A DNA stretch of 62,623 nucleotides, counting the filler, from Basidiobolus meristosporus CBS 931.73 (Eukaryota > Fungi > Basidiobolomycota), in the NCBI GenBank assembly GCA_002104905.1. It is 2 parts of 2 records of this genome, joined end to end, with 100 filler letters (N's around TTAATTAATTAA, not from the genome) between each part and the next. Parts side by side here need not be neighbours in the genome. Positions count along the whole stretch, not along the records: positions 30,812 to 62,623 come from MCFE01000837.1; 1 more part is not named here. One strand, written 5' to 3'. A program made the translations under genes and the position numbers. The notes beneath the pieces were generated by a model that searched no databases, was not told the DNA's origin, and saw only the letters and a program-made list of their open reading frames with translations. Below are positions 39,311 to 52,522 of the stretch, piece after piece (the stretch's first letter is position 1; every line of letters begins with the position of its first letter).

Positions 39311-40801
39311 ATGAAAGAGTGGAAGTTGTCAGTCTTCTTGATTTGTTTGTTCGCGGGATCATGCTGCGCTTATCAGCATGTCCTCCAATCGCCCCAGAGC
39401 TTGCTTCTCCAGTCAGAATCCTCGTTGCTGGATGAGCTAGAGAGTGAGTTTGGGATGACGCCCAAGAGTGAGCAAGTCAAAAGCAATCCATGGATTAGTG
39501 TGACCACACATGAATCATTAGAAGGCTACTCGCTGCGAGTCAAACAACCACAACTTTGCGACACTTCCGTCAAACAGTACTCCGGCTACCTCGATATCTC
39601 GGATGATCGGCACTTTTTCTTTTGGTTCTTCGAATCAAGAAACAAGCCCAAAAAGGATCCGATTATTCTCTGGCTCAACGGTGGCCCAGGTTGCTCTTCC
39701 TTCACAGGGCTCTTGATGGAGTTGGGCCCATGCAGGGTCAAGAAGGATGGCTCTGGGACTGAGTTCAACCCCCATTCTTGGAACAGCAATGCCAACGTGA
39801 TCTTCCTAGACCAACCGATGAACGTGGGCTTCTCCCACGGCAGTAAGACGTTTGGCTCGCTAGCAGCAAGCAAGGATGTTTACGCTTTCCTACAGCTATT
39901 CTTCAAGCAATATCCGGAGTATTCCGATCAGGAATTCCATGTCTTTGGGGAATCTTACGGAGGACATTACGTCCCCGCGATCGCCAAGACCATCCACGAC
40001 AACAACAAGAAAGCCCACGGCAATTTCAAGCCGATCAATCTAAAGAGCATTGGCCTTGGAAACGGCCTCACTGACCCTCTAGTCCAGTACAAATACTATT
40101 CCAAGATGGCTTGCGATAACTCCTATGGCATTCAGGTTCTACCTCAATCGACATGCCGCCAGATGGATCAGTCGTACACACAGTGTGCGAACATGATCAA
40201 ATCATGCTACAATCGACCAAACTCGCTATCTTGCGTCCCACCTACATTCTATTGCAACAAGAACCTCGTTCAGCCCTTCCAGTCATCCGGGTTGAATATA
40301 TACGACATTCGTACCAAATGCGAACCTGGTGCGGAGCTATGCTACTCCATCCTTAATGGATTGACCAAATACTTAAATCAGCCCGAGATCAGGTCAGAGC
40401 TGGGCGTTGAGGTTGACGGGTTCAAATCTTGCGACTCGTCCGTGTATTTCGGCTTCCTTTTGGCTGGAGACTGGATGAAGCCGTATCACCTCAACATTCC
40501 CGAATTGTTGGAGGACGGCATTCGAGTTTTGATTTATGCTGGGGATGCGGACTTCATTTGCAATTGGTACGGCAACAAGGCCTGGGCAATGGAGCTGGAT
40601 TGGAGCGGCAAGAAGAAGTTCAACAAAGCTAAAGATTCCAACTGGACAGTTAATGGAGAGGCCGCGGGTGAAGTTAGATCCTCGAAAGGACTTACATTCT
40701 TGCGCGTGTTCGGAGCGGGCCACATGGTGCCCTACGACCAACCTGAAAACTCCCTTGCCATGATAAATCGTTGGATAAGGAAATCGAAATCCAAATTCTA
40801 G
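39311..40801 (+). CDS. PRC1: Serine carboxypeptidase S10 (carboxypeptidase Y-like) with signal peptide
   Basis: QYSGYLD, FFWFFESR, WLNGGPGCSS, GESYGGHYVP, GNGLTDP, GDADFICN, GAGHMVP. Confidence 0.95.
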   Translation: MKEWKLSVFLICLFAGSCCAYQHVLQSPQSLLLQSESSLLDELESEFGMTPKSEQVKSNPWISVTTHESLEGYSLRVKQPQLCDTSVKQYSGYLDISDDRHFFFWFFESRNKPKKDPIILWLNGGPGCSSFTGLLMELGPCRVKKDGSGTEFNPHSWNSNANVIFLDQPMNVGFSHGSKTFGSLAASKDVYAFLQLFFKQYPEYSDQEFHVFGESYGGHYVPAIAKTIHDNNKKAHGNFKPINLKSIGLGNGLTDPLVQYKYYSKMACDNSYGIQVLPQSTCRQMDQSYTQCANMIKSCYNRPNSLSCVPPTFYCNKNLVQPFQSSGLNIYDIRTKCEPGAELCYSILNGLTKYLNQPEIRSELGVEVDGFKSCDSSVYFGFLLAGDWMKPYHLNIPELLEDGIRVLIYAGDADFICNWYGNKAWAMELDWSGKKKFNKAKDSNWTVNGEAAGEVRSSKGLTFLRVFGAGHMVPYDQPENSLAMINRWIRKSKSKF

Positions 40802-40914
40802 ATTCGTAGTAGTAATTCAATCGATAAAATAAACTAGTGTTGTAACTAGAGAGTACTTAGGTGTGGAGAGTTGATATGCTTTATTAACTTAGCTAAGGAC
40901 TAGCTACGTATAAT

Positions 40915-42312
40915 TTATTTGTGCTCAACGGAGACAACCTTGCCAAGCATGACAGCGGTGTTACCATCGAGGAAAGCAATACGAGAAAGACCCTCGCAGT
41001 TCTTGAAGCTGTCGACGATAAGGGGTTGGATGGGCTCGAAGACAACCTCGGCGGCCTCGGAAGCCTTGAGGGAGTGGGGGGACTCGAGCTTCTTACGGCC
41101 AGTCTCCTTACCGATCTTCCACTTGAGCTCGGTGATCTTGCAGGCAGCGCGACCGCAACGGACGAAACCAATGGGGGAGTATCCGGGCTTGACTTCTCCT
41201 GGGATATCGAGGGTTTGGATTTGGGCAGTGAAGTTCTTGACGGGGCGGAGAGTGTTGTCGCTCTTGTAGACCATGACATCACCGGCACGGGGCATGTTAC
41301 CCTTGTCAAGACCCTTGATGTTCATACCGACGTTGTCACCGGTTTGGGCGAACTCGACACGCTTGTGGTGCATTTCGACGGTGAACACCTTACCGGTACA
41401 GGGGTTACCGGCGGTGTGGGTGGGAAGGAAGACAACTTCAGTGTTGGGGGTGACGGTACCTTGCTCGACACGTCCGGCAACGACATCTCCGACACCCTTG
41501 ATCTTGTAGATACCGGAAACGGGGAGACGCATGGCGGCGTCAGCGTTACGGGAAGGAAGGACAACCATGTCGTTCAAGGCGGTGAGGAGGGTCTCGACGT
41601 GGATCTTGTCACCGTTTTGGTTGATGACATCTTGTCCCTTCCACCAGGTCATCTTCTCGGACTTCTTCAACAAGTTGTCGCCTTGCCATCCGGAAATGGG
41701 GAGGATAGGAACGGATTGCTCAACGAACTCCTTCTTCCATCCGACCTTGATAAGCATGTTGCGCATCTCATCACGGATTTCGTTGTAACGGTCCTCCTTG
41801 TAACCGGCGGTATCGGAATCCATCTTGTTGACACCAATGATGAGTTGCTTGACACCGAGAAGGTTGAGGAGACGAGCGTGCTGGCGGGTTTGGCCTTGGA
41901 TATCTCCGGCCTTGTGGTCACCCTTTTGGATGGCGGTGGTGAAGTTACCATCGGCGGGGACCATGAGGAGGGCGACATCAGCTTGAGCGGCTCCGGAAAT
42001 CATGTTCTTGATGAAATCTCTGTGTCCGGGAGCATCAATGATGGTGTAATGCCACTTCTCGGTGAAGAACTCCTTGGTGGTGCAGGAGATGGTCACACCA
42101 CGTTCACGTTCGTCCTTTTGGCGATCCATGTAGAAAGCGAAGGCGAAGGAAGACTTACCGAGACGCTCGGCTTCTTGCTTCAACTTGTCCATTTCACGCT
42201 CGGGGATACCACCGAGCTCGAAAAGAAGACGACCGGTAGTGGTAGACTTACCGGAATCGACGTGACCGCAAATAACGATGGAAAGATGGTTCTTGTTGTC
42301 AGTGGCAGACAT
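40915..42312 (-). CDS. EFL: Elongation factor-like (EFL) GTPase, copy 1
   Basis: GHVDSGKSTTTG, FYMDRQKDERERGVTI, IIDAPGHRDFIKNMISG, NKMD; EFL-type rather than canonical eEF1A sequence (VPADGNFTTAIQKGDHKAG, CEGLSRIAFLDGN). Confidence 0.95.
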   Translation of the reverse strand: MSATDNKNHLSIVICGHVDSGKSTTTGRLLFELGGIPEREMDKLKQEAERLGKSSFAFAFYMDRQKDERERGVTISCTTKEFFTEKWHYTIIDAPGHRDFIKNMISGAAQADVALLMVPADGNFTTAIQKGDHKAGDIQGQTRQHARLLNLLGVKQLIIGVNKMDSDTAGYKEDRYNEIRDEMRNMLIKVGWKKEFVEQSVPILPISGWQGDNLLKKSEKMTWWKGQDVINQNGDKIHVETLLTALNDMVVLPSRNADAAMRLPVSGIYKIKGVGDVVAGRVEQGTVTPNTEVVFLPTHTAGNPCTGKVFTVEMHHKRVEFAQTGDNVGMNIKGLDKGNMPRAGDVMVYKSDNTLRPVKNFTAQIQTLDIPGEVKPGYSPIGFVRCGRAACKITELKWKIGKETGRKKLESPHSLKASEAAEVVFEPIQPLIVDSFKNCEGLSRIAFLDGNTAVMLGKVVSVEHK

Positions 42313-42796
42313 GACGAAGTGGACTTAGATAATGCTTGTCGATGTGACAAAGGATAGGAATATCCGATGACCAGTATTTATCCAACACTAAGCGAGGAAA
42401 AAAAAGCAAGAAAACTTGAACCAGGGTAATCTCCCCTGATATTGGTCCTGATGGAGTTTGTGAATGTTGACCTAGCATCCTGGAAATTACCCAACTTCTG
42501 TGGAAATTCAAAATTTTCAGCCAACCAGCGTTACAGAAGCCCTCACTGTTTGAATTGACCCCTATTTAATTTCGACCCACCGCAGACACTAATCACCGAT
42601 TTACACATCTCCAGAGATTTCCTCAATACGGAATACACTTGGTTATCACTGATAAGCACCATAAGCTGATTTTAGATGATCTTTATTTGTGAATGATCAT
42701 TGATTTCATCGAATAATGCAAAGACATGCTCTTTCATAATACAACGAACATTAAAAATCAATATCCTTGCGAGACAGAAGACGAAGTGACGTGCAA

Positions 42797-43759
42797 TTAG
42801 GCCTCAATGGATTCTTCAGCGGGAGCGGCAGACTCCTCAGCAGCAGCGGGAGCAGCTGGCTTCTGGAAATCCTCAGAGATGGGCTCAGTGACAACGGCCT
42901 CTTCCTTGGGTTCCATGACAGTGATCATATCAGGAAGAGGGTTCTTGGGTCCAATCTTGCCTGAAGGATCCCAATCCAACATAATCTTAACCTTGATACC
43001 AAGAACACCTTGGCGAAGGAGAACGTGACGAACAGCGGTATCAATGTAATCACGAACTGGTTGACCAGAGTGAATCATGAATCCGTCAGCGAACTTCATG
43101 GCCTTGGCACGGGCAGCACGGAGTTTGCCGGAGATGACAACCTCAGCACCCTTGGCTCCAGACTCCATGGCGAAACGGAGGACAGAGTGAGCGGCACGAC
43201 GGACAGCAAGACCGGCGAGCAACTTGTGGCGAACAGCCTCGCATTGAGCGACGGCGCAGAGACCACGGTTGGCAACACGTTCGGCATAGAGCTCAACAGT
43301 GTTCTCGGGGAAGTTGAAGCGCTTTTGAACAACGGAAGTCAACTCACGGATACGACGACCCTTCTCACCAAGAACATCCTGGGTACGAGTGGCACGGATG
43401 ATGATTTCAGTGCGAGCGGGGGTGACACGCACTTCAACACCAGAGTAACCCTCTTCGGCAAGTTCACGAGTGAAGAACTCATTAAGTTCGGCGTAGAAAA
43501 CGCCATCAGCGACGAACTGCAATCATCAAAGCTATTTAGTAAGAGTCATGGGAGGTTGGGACGTGGGTGTGTTGTCGGTGGGTTAAGTCAGAGATAGTCA
43601 CAAGTACGTGCATTATGCCACATTCCCGAAGGCAGGCATTCAAACAAGAGGTGTCAGAAATGATTTGGTATCATCATTTAACCCACCACATGCATCCATT
43701 GAAATAAACACTAGCCATCCATACAATACCTTTCTCTTCTTGGAGATCTGAGCAGCCAT
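42797..43759 (-). CDS. RPS3: 40S ribosomal protein S3 (uS3); exon 1 43730-43759, intron 43517-43729
   Basis: [10 protein letters not shown]|[30 protein letters not shown]... Confidence 0.98.
43577..43687 (-). ncRNA. Intronic box C/D snoRNA, probable snR48/SNORD60-like guide for LSU rRNA
   Basis: Box C ATGATGA (43671-43677) and box D CTGA (43588-43591); perfect 10-bp terminal stem GGTGGGTTAA/TTAACCCACC; guide TTTCTGACACCTCTT complementary to LSU AAGAGGTGTCAGAAA. Confidence 0.82.
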
Positions 43760-44210
43760 GTTCGATGTAAAGAAGGATTGTCCGAATCGAGCTTTTTTCG
43801 CAATTATACTCGACCGGTGCCGGGTGCCAAAATACCACCAGTCAAGTTGGCTTATTTCCATAATCATCACATTGTAGGGGGTCGGCAGAGGCTTGATTGG
43901 CCTGTGCCGTAGGCCCGCATCACGTGCCAGATCTGAGATTGGTTTTCCTTGACTTAAGCAACATTGAATTGGCATAGTTAATTCCCATTTTAACCAAACC
44001 GCACAACAATATGCTGATTTTCTGGCATGGACAATCGAGTTTTCTTACGTAGTTTCGCAATTATTGATCATTTCCAAAAATGTCCACACAAATTGGGCTT
44101 ACGTTACGAAGCCGCAACGGTGGTACTTTCATTTTTTCCTGTTCGAACGAACTTGAAAGGCTACTCGGTTGACACAAACCAAACCACTTCATACATAAGC
44201 TTTCGTTCAA

Positions 44211-46719
44211 ATGAATATGGAAGAAGGTGATGAGCTTTACCCTATTGCCGTGTTGATTGACGAGTTAAAACACGAGGATGTCACTCTACGTCTGAACGCA
44301 GTGAGACGCCTTTCTACAATTGCCCTTGCTCTTGGCCCTGAAAGAACACGAGATGAGCTGCTCCCCTTCCTTGATGGTAAGTGTTTCTATTGTTGCTGCG
44401 AGAATACGATCGTATATCCCTGTTCCATCCGACCTCTACATTCCAGCCCCACAAATACATCTCTTTGGTTTGAGTTTGACATTGTTTAACCTATACCTTG
44501 GATGTTTCACAGAGTCGATGGACGATGAGGACGAGGTGCTCCTGGTAATATCCGAGGAGCTGGGTAACTTTGTCGACTATGTTGGAGGACCCTCCTACGC
44601 ACATCTTATATTGAAGCCTTTGGAGAATTTGGCTGCTGTCGAGGAGACTGTTGTAAGAGAGAAGGTACCCCTTTCATTGTTGGCTTTCCATTCGAAACAA
44701 GTTTTACTGAGCCTTTCCTTACCCCAGGCTGTCGAGTCTCTTTCTAAAATCTGCGAATGCTTGAGTCGCGAGCAACTTGATCAGTATTACATCCCCCTTC
44801 TCAAAAGGCTTACTGGCGGTGATTGGTTTACTAGTAGAACCAGTGCAGCTGGAATTTATTCTGCAGGCTATACTTTGGCCTCCCCCAGCACCCAAGAGGA
44901 CTTGAGAAAGTAAGATTCTAAAGTTGGCGGCGGCTTTGATGTTGTTGCACTGATGACCTGACCCTCATATATTTAGGCTGTTTGCACAGCTTTGCAACGA
45001 TGACACCCCCATGGTTCGTAGGGCGGCAGCTACAAACCTAACTGTATGTATGAACCCTTAACTTCCACCCAGCCGACATGTATTCATCATCTGTCCCGTA
45101 GAAATTAACCACCAAACTGTCGAAAGAGCATGTGGTTTCTGACGTTATCCCGCTGTTCACCACACTTGCACAAGACGAACAGGTAATATTGGCAGTTGTC
45201 AGAGTGACGCCACCACAGCCTTCCTCACTCATCTCGACCATCCTTTCAGGACTCTGTTCGTCTGTTGACTGTTGAGAACCTGGTGACAATTGCCGAAGCT
45301 TTGACCAATGAAGAGTCTCACCAATACCTTATGGAATACTTGAAGGCCCTGTCCTGTGACAAGTCGTGGAGGGTTAGATACATGGTTGCCGAGAACTTCG
45401 TTAAGGTAGAGACACAGTATGCAGTCTGATTTGCAGAGCTGTTGCTAATCTCCACCCTAGATCAGCAATGCCATAGGCCCGCAGGCCATCCAAGATGAGC
45501 TCATCAACCTTTTCGTGAATATGATCGGGGATAACGAGGCCGAGGTTCGTAGTGCGGCAGCAACCCAAGTTCCCGGTATTGACATCTCTTCAACGATCCT
45601 ATTCTACTCGATGCGTTCTTATCTCTATTGTTTCTAAACAGGGTTTGGCCAACTTATCGGTCACGACGGAATTCTCCAGCATATCTTGCCTCACCTTAAG
45701 GATCTCATCAATGATACTTCCCAACATGTGCGTGCCTCTTTGGGTTCCAACATCAGTGGACTTGCCCCGATTTTGGGCAAAGAGGAGTACGTGGTTTTTA
45801 CAATTATCTCGCAGTTTTTCGAAATATTCATTGGAATGCCACTAGCACCATTGAGCACCTCCTGCCCCTTTTCTTGAGACTTCTCAAGGATGAATTCCCC
45901 GATGTTAGATTGAACATCATCTCCAAGCTTGAAGGAGTCAATCAAGGTAGGCTTATATCAGCACTCAGCAGTAGCCAAAAGATTGTAACCAAATTGAAAT
46001 GGAAGTTATTGGAATTGAGCTGCTCTCTCAATCACTACTACCTGCCATAGTCGAGCTAGCGGAGGACAAGCAGTGGAGAGTTAGATTGGCCATTATCGAA
46101 TACATCCCTCTTCTTGCCAGCCAATTGGGCGACAGTTTCTTTGACGAAAAACTTGGAAACCTTTGCATGTCCTGGTTGGGCGACTCCGTGTTTTCCATCC
46201 GTGAAGCTGCTACGATCAATTTGCGCAAGTTGACGGAGGTGTTTGGCGTTGAGTGGGCCAAGCAAACCATTATTCCAAAGGTTCTCGCAATGGGCTCACA
46301 CCCCAACTATTTGTATCGTATGACAACCATCTTCTCCATCACAGTAAGTGGCGCTTTGAGTGTTGTTGTGGGTTCTCTATTCGCTAAATGGAAGCACGGT
46401 TTAGACTATCGCCAGTGCAGTATCGCCAGAGGTTATCAAGGAGCTACTCTTGCCCACCGTCTTGAAGTTAGTTAGCGACCCCATTCCTAACATTAGATTC
46501 AACGTCGCCAAATCACTAGAAACCCTAAGTTCGATTCTGAAAGCAAATCCGGCAACAGCGCCCGTGGTCGACAGCGACATTCGTCCTGCATTGCTCAAAC
46601 TTTCGGAAGACACCGACAAAGACGTGAAATACTTCACTCAGCGCGCACTAGCCAATGGTAGGTGATTAATAGGTCATCGATTGGGCCCAGCCATTGCTAA
46701 TCTCACAACAGTAGCTTGA
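44211..46719 (+). CDS. TPD3: Protein phosphatase 2A scaffold (A) subunit, HEAT repeats, multi-exon
   Basis: [46 protein letters not shown]; [11 protein letters not shown]; [15 protein letters not shown]; NYLYRMTT. Confidence 0.96.
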
Positions 46720-48087
46720 TGGATTAAGCCGTAGCGAATCAACAATATTTGATCGCAATCGAACACATTAAAACGGGCCCACCCTTCTATCATTTATACA
46801 CCCATTCTTAACACCACCAACCCTCATTCCCATCCACTGCTCATGAATGATACTCTTCCATCTGGCCGACATTAAATTCCTTTATTTTATTGATTAATTG
46901 ACCCACCATAATCTGTTGTATACCTTTGAATATAAACTGAGATATTAAGGAATGAGAAAAGGGTTGGATCGAATTGATTGTGTTTGAGTTCAAAACAACC
47001 GAACTTCCCAACAATTTGAAGATTTCTTGAAAAAAAATTCCCCATTTCGTACAAGAATGCTACCAATTTATCCAAGGACCCGATGGATTCCCTCCAATCG
47101 TGTCAGATGACCACTGGCCAGCCAGATTAGGGAACCAGATAAATTGCGGTTGGGATTGAACTGAATCGCAGTTGGGTGTGCAGGAGATTTACTTTGAAGT
47201 TTATTCAAGACGGGTCGACCCAGCCAAAAGTAGAAAAGAATCAATAATTGCACCACTCTCATCGTATCTGACCAAGTTTAGTCAGGCTCTTCCCTATTAC
47301 GACGCGGCCGACCGATGCTAGCGTTGATTTGGGCATGTTGTGGTTTGGATCCATATCTTGGTATCTTGCGCTGGATCAGATAGATATGTTGTGGTTACAA
47401 TCTGATGCGCTGGATTGGAACCTCTGACATGACAGCTGTCAGATTATGCAGAGGGATCAAGAAACGGGATGGAATCAGGATGATCCACCACGTGGGTGGA
47501 CTAACAGGAATTTAGTCAACCATCCACCTCGTGTGTCCATATCGCCCATTCTGATCAATCTAGAAATAAAGGTTGATCCGGTCTAGACCCACCCGCCGAT
47601 CGGTAATTACCAGGCCTCGAGGATTCTTACCCGGACGGAAATGGGTGATTGCGATCAGGATGGAAAGGATTGGAAGCTCTAGGAACAAATCTGTAGCGAT
47701 TGCCATAAATGGGCGTCCTAATCAACGACGCTGAATACACATGCCCATCACCGGCTTGAGCATTGCCATTCAAGCTTGGATTCACTCGGCTTTAATCAGG
47801 ACTAATCAACACCACTTATGGCTCATCCCCATGAGTGAATAATAAGAACCGCTCTGTGTGGGTTCTAGACGGACTGAGGGTTGGCGATGGTCGTCGAAAA
47901 TGCGAATGGAAGAGAGTAGCTTGCGCACACCATCCCATGCTTATGATCCCCAGTCTTCGCCAATACACGGCGGAATATGATGATCATTTGATTTAATCTC
48001 TATTTTGTTCATTATATTCTACCAGTTTGTTGGGGAGATTCTGAGTCCAGTATGACATTTGAAGCGTCATCACTGATGGGGATTTCT

Positions 48088-48095
48088 TATAAATA
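48088..48095 (+). promoter_or_regulatory. TATA box of GAPDH
   Basis: TATAAATA ~70 nt upstream of the ATG. Confidence 0.55.
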
Positions 48096-48155
48096 CGCAT
48101 GCGGCCACCCTAGCTTCAGCATAACATCTCATTGTTAACAAATCTTCTTACTTAA

Positions 48156-49175
<1,020 letters not shown>

Positions 49176-49941
49176 GTGTAAATAGAAAAGGCGGATGCAA
49201 TCACATCAACTTAATTTGATAAATAAACCTAATTAAAAGTAACCTCCAGTCATGTGTAGTTCAATTCATCAACGGGCGGCATAATCAGCGTCTATCGCAT
49301 CATTAGAGGATTGAAAATTCATTGAAGTTCCGTCCAGTTGGGGATATTTTCTGAAGGGATCGGGGGAATCGATGGGCATTGTCATGTACGTAATAAGAAA
49401 GGTCTATCGACTTCGTCACGAACCTGATACGGTCGGCACCCAATCAGAAGTAGCGGCGGCCTTTTGCTTGATGAACAACAAATCCTTCCCCAGCCAAGCT
49501 GGCAAAGTTTAATCCAACAAGCGGTTGTTGACAGCCCGAGTGATGTCACAGTCGAAGATCGCTCTTTGACGGAAATGGGGAAATCCGAGAAATCAACAAT
49601 ACCGGCTGGCCTTGCTGTCTGGATCCCAAGAGCCATGGAAAATAGAACGCGGACGAAAGAGAGCGCTCTCGATCCTTCCAGTCCTCATATGCATTTGGGA
49701 CCAAGGCGGATCGAAATTGGAAATCCGGTAATTTACCAATCGATGTATTCGGAACCCGAATTCTACGAACCGATCTGGCCAGATAATGCAAACATTCCCA
49801 TATCCTTGATTGATTGTAGTGGGGGCACTCATTGGTAAATGCTGCTGTTCCTCGCAATACTGGGATTTCGGAGTGGGTCGAGATGGTTGGCTAGGACCAG
49901 ATTCCAGTTGCGTAATCGCAGTGCATCGATGGACCATCTAG

Positions 49942-49948
49942 TATAAAA
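49942..49948 (+). promoter_or_regulatory. TATA box of enolase
   Basis: TATAAAA ~70 nt upstream of the ATG at 50014. Confidence 0.5.
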
Positions 49949-50013
49949 TAGTGATGACGCCCCTCCTCGAAAGTCAGAATCGTTCTCATCGATTGATTTC
50001 TAACAGTTTCAAA

Positions 50014-51324
50014 ATGGCCATCACTAAGATTCACGCTCGTCAAATCTTCGACTCCCGTGGTAACCCCACCGTCGAAGTTGAACTTACCACCGAAAAGGGT
50101 ACTTTCCGTGCTGCTGTTCCTTCCGGTGCCTCCACTGGTATCCACGAGGCTTTGGAACTCCGTGATGAAGACAAGGCCAACTACCTTGGCAAGTCCGTCT
50201 TCAAGGCTGTTGACAACGTTAAGAACGTCATCGCCCCTGCCCTCATCAAGGCCAACATTGATGTCACCAACCAAGAGGCCATTGATGAGTTCATGCTCCA
50301 ATTGGACGGTACTCCCAACAAGAGCAAGCTCGGTGCCAACGCCATCCTCGGTGTTTCCCTTGCCGCTGCCTACGCCGGTGCTGCCCACAAGGGTATGCCC
50401 CTCTACCAACACATTGCTGAGCTCTCCGGCTCCAAGCAACCCTTCGTCCTTCCCGTTCCTTCCTTCAACGTCTTGAACGGTGGATCCCACGCTGGTAACA
50501 AGCTTGCCATGCAAGAATTCATGATCCTCCCCACCGGAGCCAAGTCCTTCACCGAGGCCATGAAGATGGGTTCTGAGGTCTACCACGCCCTCAAGTCCGT
50601 CATCAAGTCCAAGTACGGACAAGATGCCACCAACGTTGGTGATGAGGGTGGTTTCGCCCCCAACATTCAAGACAACAAGGAAGGTCTTGAGCTCTTGAAG
50701 ACCGCCATCGCCAAGGCCGGATACACCGGTAAGGTCAAGATCGGTATGGATGTCGCTGCCTCCGAATTCTACAAGGATGGCAAGTACGATTTGGACTTCA
50801 AGAACCCCGACTCTGACAAGAGCAAGTGGCTCTCCGGTGAGGAGTTGGCCAAGCTCTACAGAGAGTTCGCCGAGGAGTACGGAATCGTCTCCATCGAAGA
50901 TCCCTTCGACCAAGATGACTGGGAAGCCTGGACCCATCTTACCGAGCAAGTTGGTACCAACTGCCAAATCGTTGGTGATGACTTGACTGTCACCAACCCC
51001 GTCCGTATCCAAACCGCCATCGAGAAGAAGGCTTGCAACGGTCTCCTCTTGAAGGTCAACCAAATCGGTACCGTCACTGAGTCCATCCGTGCCGCCAACC
51101 TTTCCCGCGCTGACGGTTGGGGTTGCATGGTCTCCCACCGTTCCGGTGAGACCGAAGATACCTTCATTGCTGACCTCGTTGTCGGTCTCCGTACTGGCCA
51201 AATCAAGACTGGTGCTCCTTGCCGTTCCGAGCGTCTTGCCAAGTACAACCAAATCCTCCGTATTGAAGAGGAGCTTGGTGACAAGGCTGTCTACGCTGGT
51301 GAGAACTTCCGTCACCCTCTCTAA
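50014..51324 (+). CDS. ENO1: Enolase, intronless
   Basis: [47 protein letters not shown]. Confidence 0.99.
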   Translation: MAITKIHARQIFDSRGNPTVEVELTTEKGTFRAAVPSGASTGIHEALELRDEDKANYLGKSVFKAVDNVKNVIAPALIKANIDVTNQEAIDEFMLQLDGTPNKSKLGANAILGVSLAAAYAGAAHKGMPLYQHIAELSGSKQPFVLPVPSFNVLNGGSHAGNKLAMQEFMILPTGAKSFTEAMKMGSEVYHALKSVIKSKYGQDATNVGDEGGFAPNIQDNKEGLELLKTAIAKAGYTGKVKIGMDVAASEFYKDGKYDLDFKNPDSDKSKWLSGEELAKLYREFAEEYGIVSIEDPFDQDDWEAWTHLTEQVGTNCQIVGDDLTVTNPVRIQTAIEKKACNGLLLKVNQIGTVTESIRAANLSRADGWGCMVSHRSGETEDTFIADLVVGLRTGQIKTGAPCRSERLAKYNQILRIEEELGDKAVYAGENFRHPL

Positions 51325-52522
51325 ATTTCTTAGAATAGAATAATCTAAGCAACGCGCTTACTGTAAAAAACTAAAATCCAATCTGGGATAATAGAGAATT
51401 TTTCAATAAACAATCTTTTCTCGGAAATTATGGGCATTTTCACCTCAATATGGTTAAGATTCCCTGTGATACATGACACTCTTAATATAGAAATACTGCA
51501 CATTGATGGATTTCCCAGTTACCATTACATTGTTGACCTTGGCAATTTAAATCCGTCTGATTGATCAAGGAATTGGCCCATGCCTACAGATGCAGGATGA
51601 TTCACTTATTGCGCGCACACTTGGGAGGTACCATTCACAAAAAGTGCTCGTGTAATGCGTTATTACAGAATACACTGATACAAAATACTCCACAAGCACC
51701 AACAATGGATCATTTGCACCACACCATTCCAGCGCTTTTAGGAGGTATAATAGCGATGATAGACCCCGGACACTTGCCATTAGCGCTGAGTAGCTGGCTC
51801 CTTAAACGCAGCTTGTAAAGTAGGGCTGGTGAAAGGTTGTGAAGACAGTTGTGAGAGCTGGTAAGCATTGTCCATATCGGTAAATGCGGCTCAGTCTCGT
51901 GTTTTATTAGTATATGACTGAAGTTATTAGTAACTAAAGATATGTTGCTAGTCGAGAAATCGAGGAGTCGCTATTGGCGTTTGATTGATTGAGCGACAGA
52001 GTACCGTTTGAGTGGGCGTAGCTGCGGCAAGACTAGTGATGACAGATGTGTCGGGCGAGCTGAAACGTAGCTGGATGTGTAATCTCATCGGAATCTATGC
52101 TGCACAATCGCCGTTAGCACTAAGTAGTTGGCACCCCAAATGCCGAGGTTTCAAAGGTTTGCGGGCACTATGGTCGCTCGCATAGGTTATCGGTAAATGT
52201 ACCTCTGTCTCGTGCAGTGGTAGTAGTATACCACTGAAGTTACTAGTGCATTACTAATCGATGAGGACATTCGGGTGGTGATATACGCAGTTCGCCAAAC
52301 AAGCACAAACCGAAGTCATCGTTAACACTGGTATGTTTGACAATACTTTCCGTATTTTATCATATCCATGCGTAGGGAAACCTGTAGACTAAAGAACAAG
52401 ACAGCGTCAATTCACAGAAGCCATGCCGAAAGCTTAATTTGAAATAAGATATATATAGCTACATTGCAACGACTTTATTAAATATTATCAAACATCGTTA
52501 AAGTAATTATACCATAGTGCAT

